DNA of 64,000 nucleotides from Candidatus Melainabacteria bacterium 17Bon1m. Its GTDB lineage: Bacteria; Cyanobacteriota; Vampirovibrionia; Obscuribacterales; Obscuribacteraceae. Every line of letters starts with the position of its first letter. Positions within the stretch are counted from its first letter, which is position 1. Where the stretch lies: positions 288,001-352,000 of the forward strand of contig JAVLKG010000007.1 of NCBI GenBank assembly GCA_032128875.1, read 5' to 3'. Positions 48,592 through 57,812 of the stretch are shown one piece after another. A program made the translations under genes and the position numbers. The notes under the pieces are model-generated. The model saw only the letters and a program-made list of their open reading frames with translations, searched no databases and had not been told where the DNA came from.

Positions 48592-49518
48592 TTGTTCATC
48601 ATGCCCAAGTCACGCGTGATTTTCTCCAATTGTGACAGTAGTTTTTTGTCTATAATCGAAATGATGACAGGCTTACGAAAGTCACAGTACGGACCGAGGC
48701 GCGCAAATCACGTGCAACCCTTATGGCGCCGATGTTTTCGCGTCTTCGCGCTAGTCTTCGCAACGTCGCTGTTTGGTTGTTTGCATTCGGCTACAGCGGC
48801 AGACACCCCTCCGACGCCGTCGCCAAAGAGCAATGCTCCCGAGGCAGCTATTAAAAATGCTTGGAAGCTCGACCAGCGCTCTCGCGTTTTGGGAGATGTA
48901 ACTATCTTCATTTGCCCCACGGGGATAAAGGCAGTTAACCGCAAGGATAAGCTAACTGTTGTTTGCGCCGCTCCCTATGCGGAAGTTGTAACTTACAGCT
49001 TACGAACCGGAAAAATCTGCAAGCAGACTTTTGCGCGTTCGGATAATCCGTATGCTAAAGCTGTAGCCATGTTTAGTGGTATTGCCCATGCGCAGGTTCC
49101 GGTAGTGAAAACGCGAACGTATCAAAAGGGCGGTCTCACGTGGAGCGACTTCAAGATAACCGAGGAGTACAAAAAACAGCGTCAGGCTATGTGGAAAAAA
49201 CATGAGGTAACTGGCTCGGAACCTGCTTACGGCAACCTTGTCGTATTTTCGTTGCCGATGGATAAGCGTGCAATTGATTGGCTGGCTCGTTTGTATTGCG
49301 TTCCGAAGACCGGGATGATCCCGTTTGACGTGACTTTCTGGGATGTCGACAACGAAGTTCACTCCTTGGTGAAAACGTTCAGCATGGTTTCCACCAGGCT
49401 TACGGCATCTGACTTCAAAATCCCCGGTGGACTGCATCCCGTGAAGGATCCGCGTTCTGTCATTCAGGATGAAACAGCAAACGATGCTATCGAAATGATG
49501 ATGGGCGGCTCCAAATGA
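48592..49518 (+). CDS. Secreted hypothetical protein (start uncertain, probably 48661-48711)
   Basis: Signal-like segment FRVFALVFATSLFGCLHSATAA followed by a globular domain. Confidence 0.7.
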   Translation: MFIMPKSRVIFSNCDSSFLSIIEMMTGLRKSQYGPRRANHVQPLWRRCFRVFALVFATSLFGCLHSATAADTPPTPSPKSNAPEAAIKNAWKLDQRSRVLGDVTIFICPTGIKAVNRKDKLTVVCAAPYAEVVTYSLRTGKICKQTFARSDNPYAKAVAMFSGIAHAQVPVVKTRTYQKGGLTWSDFKITEEYKKQRQAMWKKHEVTGSEPAYGNLVVFSLPMDKRAIDWLARLYCVPKTGMIPFDVTFWDVDNEVHSLVKTFSMVSTRLTASDFKIPGGLHPVKDPRSVIQDETANDAIEMMMGGSK

Positions 49519-49711
49519 CCGGGCGCTTGCGCTAGATGGCTCAGGCTGCGCCAGTGGCTGTTTTGCCGTCTACTGACGTCAACTGCGCTAGGTTTTTGGC
49601 TCAGAGCCGGTGAATTATGACTCATGACAACATGAAATGATGTCAATGGTTCTATAAACCCTTGCTAAGAGCTGGAGATCTCTTTGTGGCCTGCGTTCAT
49701 GAGATTAGGAT

Positions 49712-49745
49712 TTGACCCTCCTCTTTGCTACCGTGGGTTATATCT
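49712..49745 (+). promoter_or_regulatory. Putative promoter TTGACC-N17-GGGTTATATC
   Basis: Matches the recurring motif; about 290 nt upstream of the beta-CASP gene. Confidence 0.4.
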
Positions 49746-50032
49746 TCTCTTCTCGCAATCAAGGCGCAAACAACACAAAGTGTAGTTCTCAGACAGTTTC
49801 CGGTTAATCAAATGCCCGCATCGTGCGAGCAGCCGGAGCCCGTTTGTTTTGCGCCGTAAGGGACCTTAGCAAGACGTTAGGAAACGTCTATGGGAGTCGT
49901 TCGTAGCTCAGGAAAGTTTGATCCCTAGCACTTCGTCAAATCCCGCTTTCTTCCCTTTCTCTAATAAGAAAGCCTGCCTCAAACCGGCGCTTCACCGCAC
50001 CGTAAGACTGCAGGCTGCAAGGAGTTTCTAAA

Positions 50033-51550
50033 ATGAAACGAGAAAGGCAAAAGCGTTCGGCTAGCCCCAGCCAGCGTATCAAAATGCACATCTTGGGGTC
50101 GGCTGGAGATGTCTCCGGCTCGCTGTTCTACTTCGAGTACTCGCCGCCTGAAGGCAAAGTCATTCGCTTCCTGCTGGAAGTGGGCTTGCACCAGGAGCAC
50201 GAGGAAATCAATCGCCAGAAGCGCCTTCCCAAGGGCGTCGACGCGAAGGACATCAACTTCGTCATCATCAGCCACGCGCACATCGACCACTCCGGTTGGT
50301 TGCCCGCGCTGGTGAAAGACGGCTTCCGCGGCGCGGTGTACACGCACCCTGCCACGAAGGACCTCCTGGACTTCTTGCTGCTCGACTCTGGTCGTCTGCA
50401 GGAGAATGCGGCTGACCGCGTCAACCGCTTCATCGCTCGCCGCCAGAAGAAGGCACAGGCAAGCGGCAAGAAGAGCCGGCGCATTCCGATGAGCGTGCCG
50501 TTGTACACACCGGAAGATGTTCCGCTGTGCTTCCCGCTCTTCAAGTCCATCAACTACAACCAGCTCTACAACATCGCCGACGGCATCCAGCTGCGCTTCA
50601 CCGAAGCCGGCCACATCCTCGGCGCCGCTGTTGTGACCCTGACCATTGGCAAAGGTGACGAGGCGAAGACCGTGTGCTTCACGGGCAACGTCGGTCGCGC
50701 TGCTCCGCCGATGCTCAAGCCGCTCGTGCCGGTCAAACACGCTGACTACGTGATCACGGAGTCGACGTACGGCAACAAGCTGCATCAGAAGCGCGACCGC
50801 CTGTCGACGCTCGCTGAGTACATCAACAACGCTTACGCACGCGCCAAGCAGAAAGATCGCGCCACCGGCTGTGGTGTCATCGTCATTCCTGCTTTCGCTG
50901 TGGACCGCGTACCGACTGTGCTGCATGACGTGCAAACGCTGGCAGCGCAGGGTCGTATTCCCAACCTGGCTACTTACCTGGACAGCCGCATGGCTATCGC
51001 CGGCGCCGCTGTCTACCGGAAGTATCCGGCGCTGTTCCAGGATGACGTTCGCCAGCAGCTCGAGAAGGGTCTCGACCCGTTTGCTCCGGCGCGTTACCTC
51101 GAGTGCGTCAAACCGGAACAGACCAACGCTCTGTACGAAAACCAGAGCGAGCCGATCATCATCGTCGGTTCTTCCGGCATGGCTGCCGGCGGCAAGATTC
51201 TTCGCCACCTGGAGAAGCGTCTGACGCAGAAGAACAGCACGGTGATCTTCGTCGGCTACCAGGGCACTGGTGCTCTCGGCTACGACCTCGTCAATAAGAA
51301 GCCGAAGCAGGTCCGTGTGCACGGGAAAGTCATTCCTGTGCGCGCCACCATCGAGTACATGTCCGACTACTCCGGACACGCCGACTACGAGGAAATCATC
51401 GGTTGGCTGCGCCACTTCGAGAACAAGCCGCGTAAGACGTTCCTGGTTCACGGGGACGGCGGTGCGCTCGAGGCCTTCAAGGGTCACATCGAAAAGGCGC
51501 TCGGTTGGTCGGTTGTCGTGCCTCAGCGCCGGCAATGCTTCGAGCTCTAA
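50033..51550 (+). CDS. MBL-fold beta-CASP ribonuclease (CPSF73/Ysh1-like bacterial family)
   Basis: SHAHIDHSG, AGHILG, ESTYG, IPAFAVDR, SSGMAAGG, GYQG.G, SGHAD, VHG; AAGGAG RBS. Confidence 0.92.
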   Translation: MKRERQKRSASPSQRIKMHILGSAGDVSGSLFYFEYSPPEGKVIRFLLEVGLHQEHEEINRQKRLPKGVDAKDINFVIISHAHIDHSGWLPALVKDGFRGAVYTHPATKDLLDFLLLDSGRLQENAADRVNRFIARRQKKAQASGKKSRRIPMSVPLYTPEDVPLCFPLFKSINYNQLYNIADGIQLRFTEAGHILGAAVVTLTIGKGDEAKTVCFTGNVGRAAPPMLKPLVPVKHADYVITESTYGNKLHQKRDRLSTLAEYINNAYARAKQKDRATGCGVIVIPAFAVDRVPTVLHDVQTLAAQGRIPNLATYLDSRMAIAGAAVYRKYPALFQDDVRQQLEKGLDPFAPARYLECVKPEQTNALYENQSEPIIIVGSSGMAAGGKILRHLEKRLTQKNSTVIFVGYQGTGALGYDLVNKKPKQVRVHGKVIPVRATIEYMSDYSGHADYEEIIGWLRHFENKPRKTFLVHGDGGALEAFKGHIEKALGWSVVVPQRRQCFEL

Positions 51551-51673
51551 GCTCGTAGTCGAACTCAAGCTCGGCATCGAACACTGAACACCAGGCAGCA
51601 AGCCTCCGGAGAACAGGCTCTACCTGAGCGGCAGAGCTTGTGATCCGGCGGTCGCTGTCGAAGGAGATTTAGT

Positions 51674-52081
51674 ATGCCCAAAATCATTCTCGTCCACCTG
51701 GCATTCTTCGCCGCGCTCTTCGCGCTGGTGTTGCCGGGTTTGAACAACCTCACAGAAGCGGTTGGTTTCGGCGGCGGCATTCTTGCTGTCGCAGTCATGA
51801 CCGTGCTGGCAGAGGTGGTGGTTATTGCCAGTGGCGTGCTCGGTCGCATCGTCGGCGACGCGCTCGGTATCAACCCCTTGCTCCAGCGCAAAAAGGCGGA
51901 GACCCTGTCGGCGAGCATCATGACGGTGCTCTTCGCCGGCTTCCTGTGGGCGAGTTCGGCAATCTTCCCGTCCGTCATCACCGTGACGTTTGTTTCGTCA
52001 TTGCTGGTGTCGGTCGTGGCTGTCGTCGTTCTCTTCATCGCGGTCTACGTCAAACGCGCCATCATCGCCAGCCGACCCTGA
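51674..52081 (+). CDS. 4-TM membrane protein, YvlD/phage-holin-4-like
   Basis: Four hydrophobic segments; pattern LPG...FLWASSAIFP..ITVTF.SSLL; AAGGAG RBS. Family tentative. Confidence 0.6.
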   Translation: MPKIILVHLAFFAALFALVLPGLNNLTEAVGFGGGILAVAVMTVLAEVVVIASGVLGRIVGDALGINPLLQRKKAETLSASIMTVLFAGFLWASSAIFPSVITVTFVSSLLVSVVAVVVLFIAVYVKRAIIASRP

Positions 52082-52195
52082 GGCTGGTCGCAGGCCATGG
52101 CCTTTTCTGTTGAGCACCGAAAGGAGCTCAACGGAAACGGCTTATAGCGCAAGCTTATGGCCGTTCTTTCCTGTCCACCAGAAAAGGAACACTCG

Positions 52196-52891
52196 ATGAA
52201 CAAATGGTGGAGAAAACTCTTGCCCGGTGGTGAGCGCCTCGCTCTTCCTCCGCGGCGAGTCACGCAGTGGTTTTGGGTGGTCATCGCCATCCTGTCGCTG
52301 CCGTTCATGATTCTCGACACTGCCAGCCTGTACGACACCGCCATCGCACAAGGTGCGACTTTCGGCGATGCAGCACTGCGCGCGCTCGTCGGGTTCTTCG
52401 CTATTGGGCTCGCATACGGGATGATGGGAGGAATGCTCTTCTTCCTGGTCTGCCTATTCACTTCGGTAGTGATACCGGATGTGGTGTCGGGAGTCCGAGC
52501 CGTCAACAATGCCGCCCGTCGCACACCCGCTGCCTGGCAGCGGTTTCGCGAAAACGCTTCTCGCGCCACGTCGAGAGTGCGTCAAAGGACGGTTTCGTTC
52601 TTGCGCTTCCTGTCCGGAATTCCGGTCAAGGTTCGCGCAATGACCGCGCGCGATTGGCTGTTCACGCTCTACTGCGTGCTCGCCGTCGCTATCCTCGCCG
52701 GTATGCTCTGGTTCGCCTGGGGCTGGGCAGGCGTGGTCGTTTCGTGGCTGCCCGATTGGCTTTTCGACGACCGGCGCTGGTTCCTCCAGGCTATCGTCGA
52801 CTGGTTCATCTGCATGATTCCATGGACGTTGGCGCTCTCCGTGCTGAACGCTGTGTTTAAGGCGTTCATCAGGCGGGGAAGTAAGCGCTAA
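52196..52891 (+). CDS. Membrane protein (4 TM, Arg-rich central loop)
   Basis: AAGGA RBS; hydrophobic segments; operon-like codon usage. Confidence 0.7.
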   Translation: MNKWWRKLLPGGERLALPPRRVTQWFWVVIAILSLPFMILDTASLYDTAIAQGATFGDAALRALVGFFAIGLAYGMMGGMLFFLVCLFTSVVIPDVVSGVRAVNNAARRTPAAWQRFRENASRATSRVRQRTVSFLRFLSGIPVKVRAMTARDWLFTLYCVLAVAILAGMLWFAWGWAGVVVSWLPDWLFDDRRWFLQAIVDWFICMIPWTLALSVLNAVFKAFIRRGSKR

Positions 52892-52955
52892 CGCAGGTCC
52901 TTCACCACTTACGCTGTGGGCGGCTCAGCTGCCCATGGCACAAGGAAAAACTGAT

Positions 52956-53549
52956 ATGAGTCACGAGAAAAAGACTTGTTCTTGTCACGGCGCCGCCGGT
53001 CAGCCTGCTGCGAACGCAACGGGCTCCATCTCTCTCAGCACCCCGCGACCCAAGGTCACGCTGCCGAAGATGATCAAGGTCGCTAAGGCTGACGAGGCTC
53101 TCTATCGCCAGGTCATCGAAGCCGCCAAGCGGGCGAGCGAAGATGCCTACTGTCCGTACTCCCAGTACAACGTCGGTGCTGCGGTGCTGACGTTCGACGG
53201 TGAGATTCACGCTGGTTTCAACGTGGAGAACTGCGGTTACTCGCAGACCATTCACGCCGAGGAATCCGCACTCACCCGCGCTCTCGGCAGCGGTTTGCTC
53301 CGTCGCGCGGCCACCCAGGGCGTCGATCAGTTCCATGCCATCAAGGCTGTCGCGGTCTACGCGCCCAAGGGTTCCGACCCGTGGCCCTGCTGCAACTGCC
53401 GCCAGTTCCTGGGTGAGTTCGGTTACGACATGCACATCATCGGCGAAGAGCCGAAGAGTGGTCGTATCCTTTGCCTGACGCTCGGGCAGCTCGTTCCGTT
53501 CGCCTTCCCAATCGAGGAAGTGCTTCGCAGCGTGCGCGGCGAGCGCTAA
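52956..53549 (+). CDS. cdd: Cytidine deaminase (homotetrameric type) with an N-terminal extension
   Basis: AYCPYSQYNVGAAVL, GFNVEN, HAEESA, PCCNCRQFLGEF, LVPFAF. Confidence 0.9.
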   Translation: MSHEKKTCSCHGAAGQPAANATGSISLSTPRPKVTLPKMIKVAKADEALYRQVIEAAKRASEDAYCPYSQYNVGAAVLTFDGEIHAGFNVENCGYSQTIHAEESALTRALGSGLLRRAATQGVDQFHAIKAVAVYAPKGSDPWPCCNCRQFLGEFGYDMHIIGEEPKSGRILCLTLGQLVPFAFPIEEVLRSVRGER

Positions 53550-53655
53550 AACGCTCACCGACGACCATGCACAAGTGGAGGCCGGGGTCTAATCACCCCG
53601 CGCCTCTGCTTGTGTTATGGGCGTCTTCGAATATCGCGAACTTAGAGGACGCACT

Positions 53656-54195
53656 ATGTTGGCTCTGCATGTAGCTATCAGCCTGGTGTTCGTGTACCTG
53701 CTCTTCTCGCTTGACGAATACGTCACGCATCGCTACCTCATGCATCGCATGAAGTTTGCGAACTGGCTGAAAAGCAAGTTCCTGAGAAGGCTGTGCACGA
53801 ATCACATGTCGCTGCATCACAAGCGCGGTTATCGACACACTGATGACGAGCCGGACGATTCTCTGGCCGACATCATGATCGCCGCTGCTATCGTCGGGCT
53901 GCCGACAGCTCCCATCGTCTGGTACATCGATCCGATCACGATCTATGTGGCAGGCGTGTTTTCTGTCGTCTACAGCGTAGTTTGGTGGCTGGTGCATCTC
54001 GAGATGCATCGCAACAAGGGGTGGTTCTATGCGAAAAACCCTGTGTTTCGATACCTCGAACGGCGCCATCAGCAGCACCATCTCTACCCCGACACTCAGT
54101 ACAACATTCTTCTGCCGTTCTGGGACTGGGTCTTCCGCACTCATCGCGTGAAGGAAGCACGTCAGAACCGACGTCAGCGCGCTGCGGCATTCTAA
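53656..54195 (+). CDS. Sterol desaturase/fatty acid hydroxylase family membrane protein
   Basis: His boxes HRYLMH, HMSLHH, HLEMH, HQQHH; YNILLPFWDWVFRT. Confidence 0.85.
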   Translation: MLALHVAISLVFVYLLFSLDEYVTHRYLMHRMKFANWLKSKFLRRLCTNHMSLHHKRGYRHTDDEPDDSLADIMIAAAIVGLPTAPIVWYIDPITIYVAGVFSVVYSVVWWLVHLEMHRNKGWFYAKNPVFRYLERRHQQHHLYPDTQYNILLPFWDWVFRTHRVKEARQNRRQRAAAF

Positions 54196-54609
54196 GCCGT
54201 AGCTCGAAGTAGCGTAAAAGCACGACAAGCGTAAAAGCGTGACGAAGCGACCGATGCGTGTGATGAGGACTATTTCCGCAAGGATTGAGTCCTCTAAACA
54301 CACATCCGCGCCGCTTCGCTTTCTAATCTGTGCAACTATAACAACTAGTAATAATACTGGATGCTCGGATCTGCCGCAGCAATAGCAAATCAGCTTTTCC
54401 GCTTTCGTCAGACCGCATGTTTTCGCTACGGTCAATTATCGGGGCTGTGTAAGTTTGTCTCTATATGTCTTAAATATCGCCTGGCGTGTGCTTGCATTTT
54501 CGGCGTTTGAGGCAGAATATAATGCCTAGATGGCAGGCACTCTGCTCGGAAATCCCCCTTGAACAATTCTGTAGATCTTCCTCTCACAAATTCACCGTTG
54601 CTTTTGGCG

Positions 54610-55656
54610 ATGAATTCTCCTGTTCTGCATGAGTTCATAGCCTATCTCGCGCAGAAGAAGAATGAGCAAGAAGCCAATCCCGACCAGCATCTGACGATCG
54701 AGCTGTCGCGGGAGTTCATCGGCAAAGTTCGTGAGGCCTTCAAACAAGACATTCTTGACGGCGAGCGCCGTCTGCATTTGCTGGCGCATCTTCTTGCATC
54801 AATCATGTTGGAAGGCGAATTCGAGCTGCATAGCAATGTCATTGGTTATTTGCCGGGCGAGGAGAATCGCCAGTTTTTAATTCGCGAAAGGATTAATCGC
54901 GAAACTCTCTATTCGGTGACCGACATCGATCTCGGCAATCACATGCTGGACAATTTTCGCTACCAACGCGATCGCTCGTGGGTGCCGCTGGCGCTTGCTG
55001 CTAACTTCGTTGAGTACATTCCGCTGCATCGTCCGATTACCGGTGTTAACCGTTTAACCAGCCGGGTCAAGGCTGAAGAAGAGCTCTCCAACAAAGTTGC
55101 CGATGAAATCTTCGCCCTCGATGAATTGGTTGCGCGCGACAAACAATTGCGTCAGTACAGCAAATTTGTCAAAGATATTTTTGGCATCAAAATAGTTTGC
55201 GAAGATGACGTCACATGTATGGCTGTGCATGAGACGTTGAAGAACCTCTTGGTAGGCGACATTAATGCGACACTCGCAGGCATGTTGGAAGAAGTCGGAC
55301 TACCTGTGAATGAAGACAGTTCGCATCCGCTTTTAGCGTTTATCGAGACGAAAGACTATCTGACTTGCGATCCCAGTAAGATGAAACGCACGGGCTGGCG
55401 CGCCATTAAGAGCGTTGTTGAATGGAACGATTGTTTGTTCGAAATTCAAATTCAGCCTCTGGCAAATTATTATTTAGAACTCGATCACATGGCGGGGCCG
55501 TCGCACCGCTCATTCAAGTTTACCCGTGATACTTTGCGAGACGAAGTGGCTAAGCGCATTCCGTTGTACGGCTTGTATCGCGAATTGCTGACGATGCTCT
55601 TCAAAGAGTCAAACGCGCCGATCGAATCTAAGAACGTTTCGGTGATCATTAAGTAG
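54610..55656 (+). CDS. RelA/SpoT-synthetase-like nucleotidyltransferase domain protein
   Basis: SRVKAEE...K, KDIFGIKIVC, KDY...KRTGWRAIK, FEIQIQ, SH. Confidence 0.7.
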   Translation: MNSPVLHEFIAYLAQKKNEQEANPDQHLTIELSREFIGKVREAFKQDILDGERRLHLLAHLLASIMLEGEFELHSNVIGYLPGEENRQFLIRERINRETLYSVTDIDLGNHMLDNFRYQRDRSWVPLALAANFVEYIPLHRPITGVNRLTSRVKAEEELSNKVADEIFALDELVARDKQLRQYSKFVKDIFGIKIVCEDDVTCMAVHETLKNLLVGDINATLAGMLEEVGLPVNEDSSHPLLAFIETKDYLTCDPSKMKRTGWRAIKSVVEWNDCLFEIQIQPLANYYLELDHMAGPSHRSFKFTRDTLRDEVAKRIPLYGLYRELLTMLFKESNAPIESKNVSVIIK

Positions 55657-56067
55657 TCTCGATTGCGAAAGCCTTTTGTTCTTGACTTAGCACGATTCCA
55701 GATTTAAGCTTTCCAAGCGCAAATTCCACAACTTTTCCACGAAATTTTGTCAGAGTTGATATGCGGGCAGTGTAAGCCTGCATGTCCGTCTCCCAAGCAA
55801 AATACGCATCAATACGGCGTTCGCGCGCTTGCGTTGTCCTGCGTATTTACAACAAAAACAAAATGCGCCTTCGCTGAGAAGTGATTGGCTGATTTATCGC
55901 GTAAGCGTAAATCGGTATCAGAAGAGCTTCTTTGTAGGTCAAGCTGCACGTATTTCTCGAAATGCTGCGCAAGTTTTGTGCTGCGAATTTTGGGTTGCGA
56001 GTATCGCGCCGTTGTTTCGCTGCGCCATATTTCGCTGCGCCAATGTGCGCACCCCGACTGGATTGCC

Positions 56068-56430
56068 ATGTCTGAATTTCCCCATTTCGATAATGCAAAG
56101 CTTATGATTGCGGCAAGTGCTAGACATTGCCGAACCACCATTGAAGACTTGCCGGTTGGACAGATAGTTGTTGATGAAGCAGGAACTATCCAGTCGATTG
56201 ATGTTTCCACTGAGATGGCATTGGGTTTTGAAAACATTCGTGGTATGAGGGTTTTGGAACTTTTGCTCGATGGCTATAACTGTTTTCCGCAGAAACTCTC
56301 TCTTGCCACTATTGGTGATTTGGGCTCAAACAAGTTTTGCTCCCGCGAGGGCAAGGAGTTTTCCGCACGCATTGTCTGTGTGCCTGGCTCGCATCCCAAA
56401 ACGTTTTTGCTGAGCATCGTTTTTGGATGA
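56068..56430 (+). CDS. Small stand-alone PAS-like domain protein
   Basis: IEDLPVGQIVVDEAGTI...LGF..IRG..V.ELL...SREGKEF; start uncertain. Confidence 0.6.
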   Translation: MSEFPHFDNAKLMIAASARHCRTTIEDLPVGQIVVDEAGTIQSIDVSTEMALGFENIRGMRVLELLLDGYNCFPQKLSLATIGDLGSNKFCSREGKEFSARIVCVPGSHPKTFLLSIVFG

Positions 56431-56597
56431 GAAATTGCGCTGCAGGACGTGTCGGCGACCGGCATGATGTCCATGGGGGCGGACATGAGGTGGCTCACAA
56501 CTCTGTCGAAGAGCTGGTTTATGGGTCTGCGTTGAAAGCGTCCCGAAGACTGCATTTTATTCCTGACGACGATGTCTGGAATCACATTTGGCCTTTG

Positions 56598-56758
56598 CTC
56601 CGAAAAACCGGAATTTTTCGGAGTGCCGATCTCTTGAATGTCCTATCTGGTAAGGGTTTTGAGGTTTTTGCTGCTCTCGAAATTGAAAGTGCTCAAAGCG
56701 CTCGCAGGGCGTAGGTTTTGGGCGATTGGCACTCCGAAAACCTGGGATTTTTCGTAGT
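56598..56758. repeat. Paired palindromes CTCCGAAAA(A)...TTTTTCG(G)AG, copy 2
   Basis: Perfect core at 56598-56623 and an imperfect one at 56731-56758. Confidence 0.7.
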
Positions 56759-56832
56759 TACTGGTGTGGCGCAATTTTCACGGGCTCGGTTTTTTGTGAT
56801 ATGAAAGCGTATAGTAGCTATGGAGTGAGAGA

Positions 56833-56867
56833 GAAAAGCCTGAGAGCATGCGGCTCCCAGGCTTTTC
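56833..56867. terminator. Bidirectional intrinsic terminator
   Basis: GAAAAGCCTG...CAGGCTTTTC between convergent genes. Confidence 0.65.
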
Positions 56868-56902
56868 GTCTTACTCGTTTGCTTCGTCAGCAAAAATCGT
56901 TT

Positions 56903-57781
56903 TCATTGAATCAGTTCCATCACCACCGCGCCGAGCACGATGAGCGAGATACCGATTGCGCGAACGACATTGAGTTTTTCCTTCAGGAACGTGAGCGCGA
57001 AGACGTACATCACAAGCGGGTAGCCGGCGGTCATCGTAATCACGTATCCAGCGGTCGAATTGGTGAGCGCTAAGATATACGCGATATTACCCGCGGTGAC
57101 ACCTGCGGCTGAAAGCCAGGAGAATTTCCAGGCGCCGGGTGTGCGGAAAGCTGTTTGGTAGCCGTATTTCCTGAAGAAGATAAGGATTAAGACGACCAGT
57201 GCAGTTTTCCAGCAGGCCTGCGCGAAGTACGTTTCGAACGGGCGGCCGAACTCAAGGGCGCGTTTTTCAAAGATGCCGAGCAATCCCCAGAGCAGTGTCG
57301 ACAACACCACGCAGAAGATGAGCACGAGCTTGTCGTGCTTGGTCATCTTCTTTTGTTCTTCTCCACCTGACCAGCCAATCAGAGCCACGCCAACGCTGAC
57401 GAGGGCTGCGGCTGCGACTGCGGAGATTTTGAACGGTTCGCCCGTGAGCGGAGTGGAGAGAAGTTGCCCGATTATCGGATAGCCGGCTGTGATGCCCAAA
57501 ACCCAAGATGCCTGAGTTTTGCTCATCGCATAATAGTAGGCGAGAAACGCCACCATCGCCGCCACCGCATTCAGACCTTCCCACATGATGACGCCCGTGC
57601 CGATGTGCCAGTCCGGATAGATCCAGGGCATGGACACACCAAGCACGAGCGCGACCACTCCAAGAAAGAGGTGGAAGGTGACGAAAACCGCACGCGGCTC
57701 CGCCGATTCTACCGCCTTCTTGTCAAAGATGCCCGCCACGCCCCATGCCATGAGGGTTAGAGCGATCCAGGCTATTGTCAT
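56903..57781 (-). CDS. EamA/DMT-family transporter
   Basis: Two repeats (WG..GIFDKKA / WG..GIFEKRA), about 10 TM, FLKEKL...GISLIVLG. Confidence 0.88.
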   Translation of the reverse strand: MTIAWIALTLMAWGVAGIFDKKAVESAEPRAVFVTFHLFLGVVALVLGVSMPWIYPDWHIGTGVIMWEGLNAVAAMVAFLAYYYAMSKTQASWVLGITAGYPIIGQLLSTPLTGEPFKISAVAAAALVSVGVALIGWSGGEEQKKMTKHDKLVLIFCVVLSTLLWGLLGIFEKRALEFGRPFETYFAQACWKTALVVLILIFFRKYGYQTAFRTPGAWKFSWLSAAGVTAGNIAYILALTNSTAGYVITMTAGYPLVMYVFALTFLKEKLNVVRAIGISLIVLGAVVMELIQ

Positions 57782-57812
57782 TCCAGGTTGTCCCTTCGGA
57801 AAGCGGGTGCGT

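Noticed and set aside
49979-51601. 540-aa minus-strand ORF
   Set aside because: Antisense shadow of the beta-CASP gene caused by strong codon bias; no motifs.
51674-52081. Prophage, suggested by the holin-like gene
   Set aside because: No capsid, terminase, tail or integrase genes nearby.
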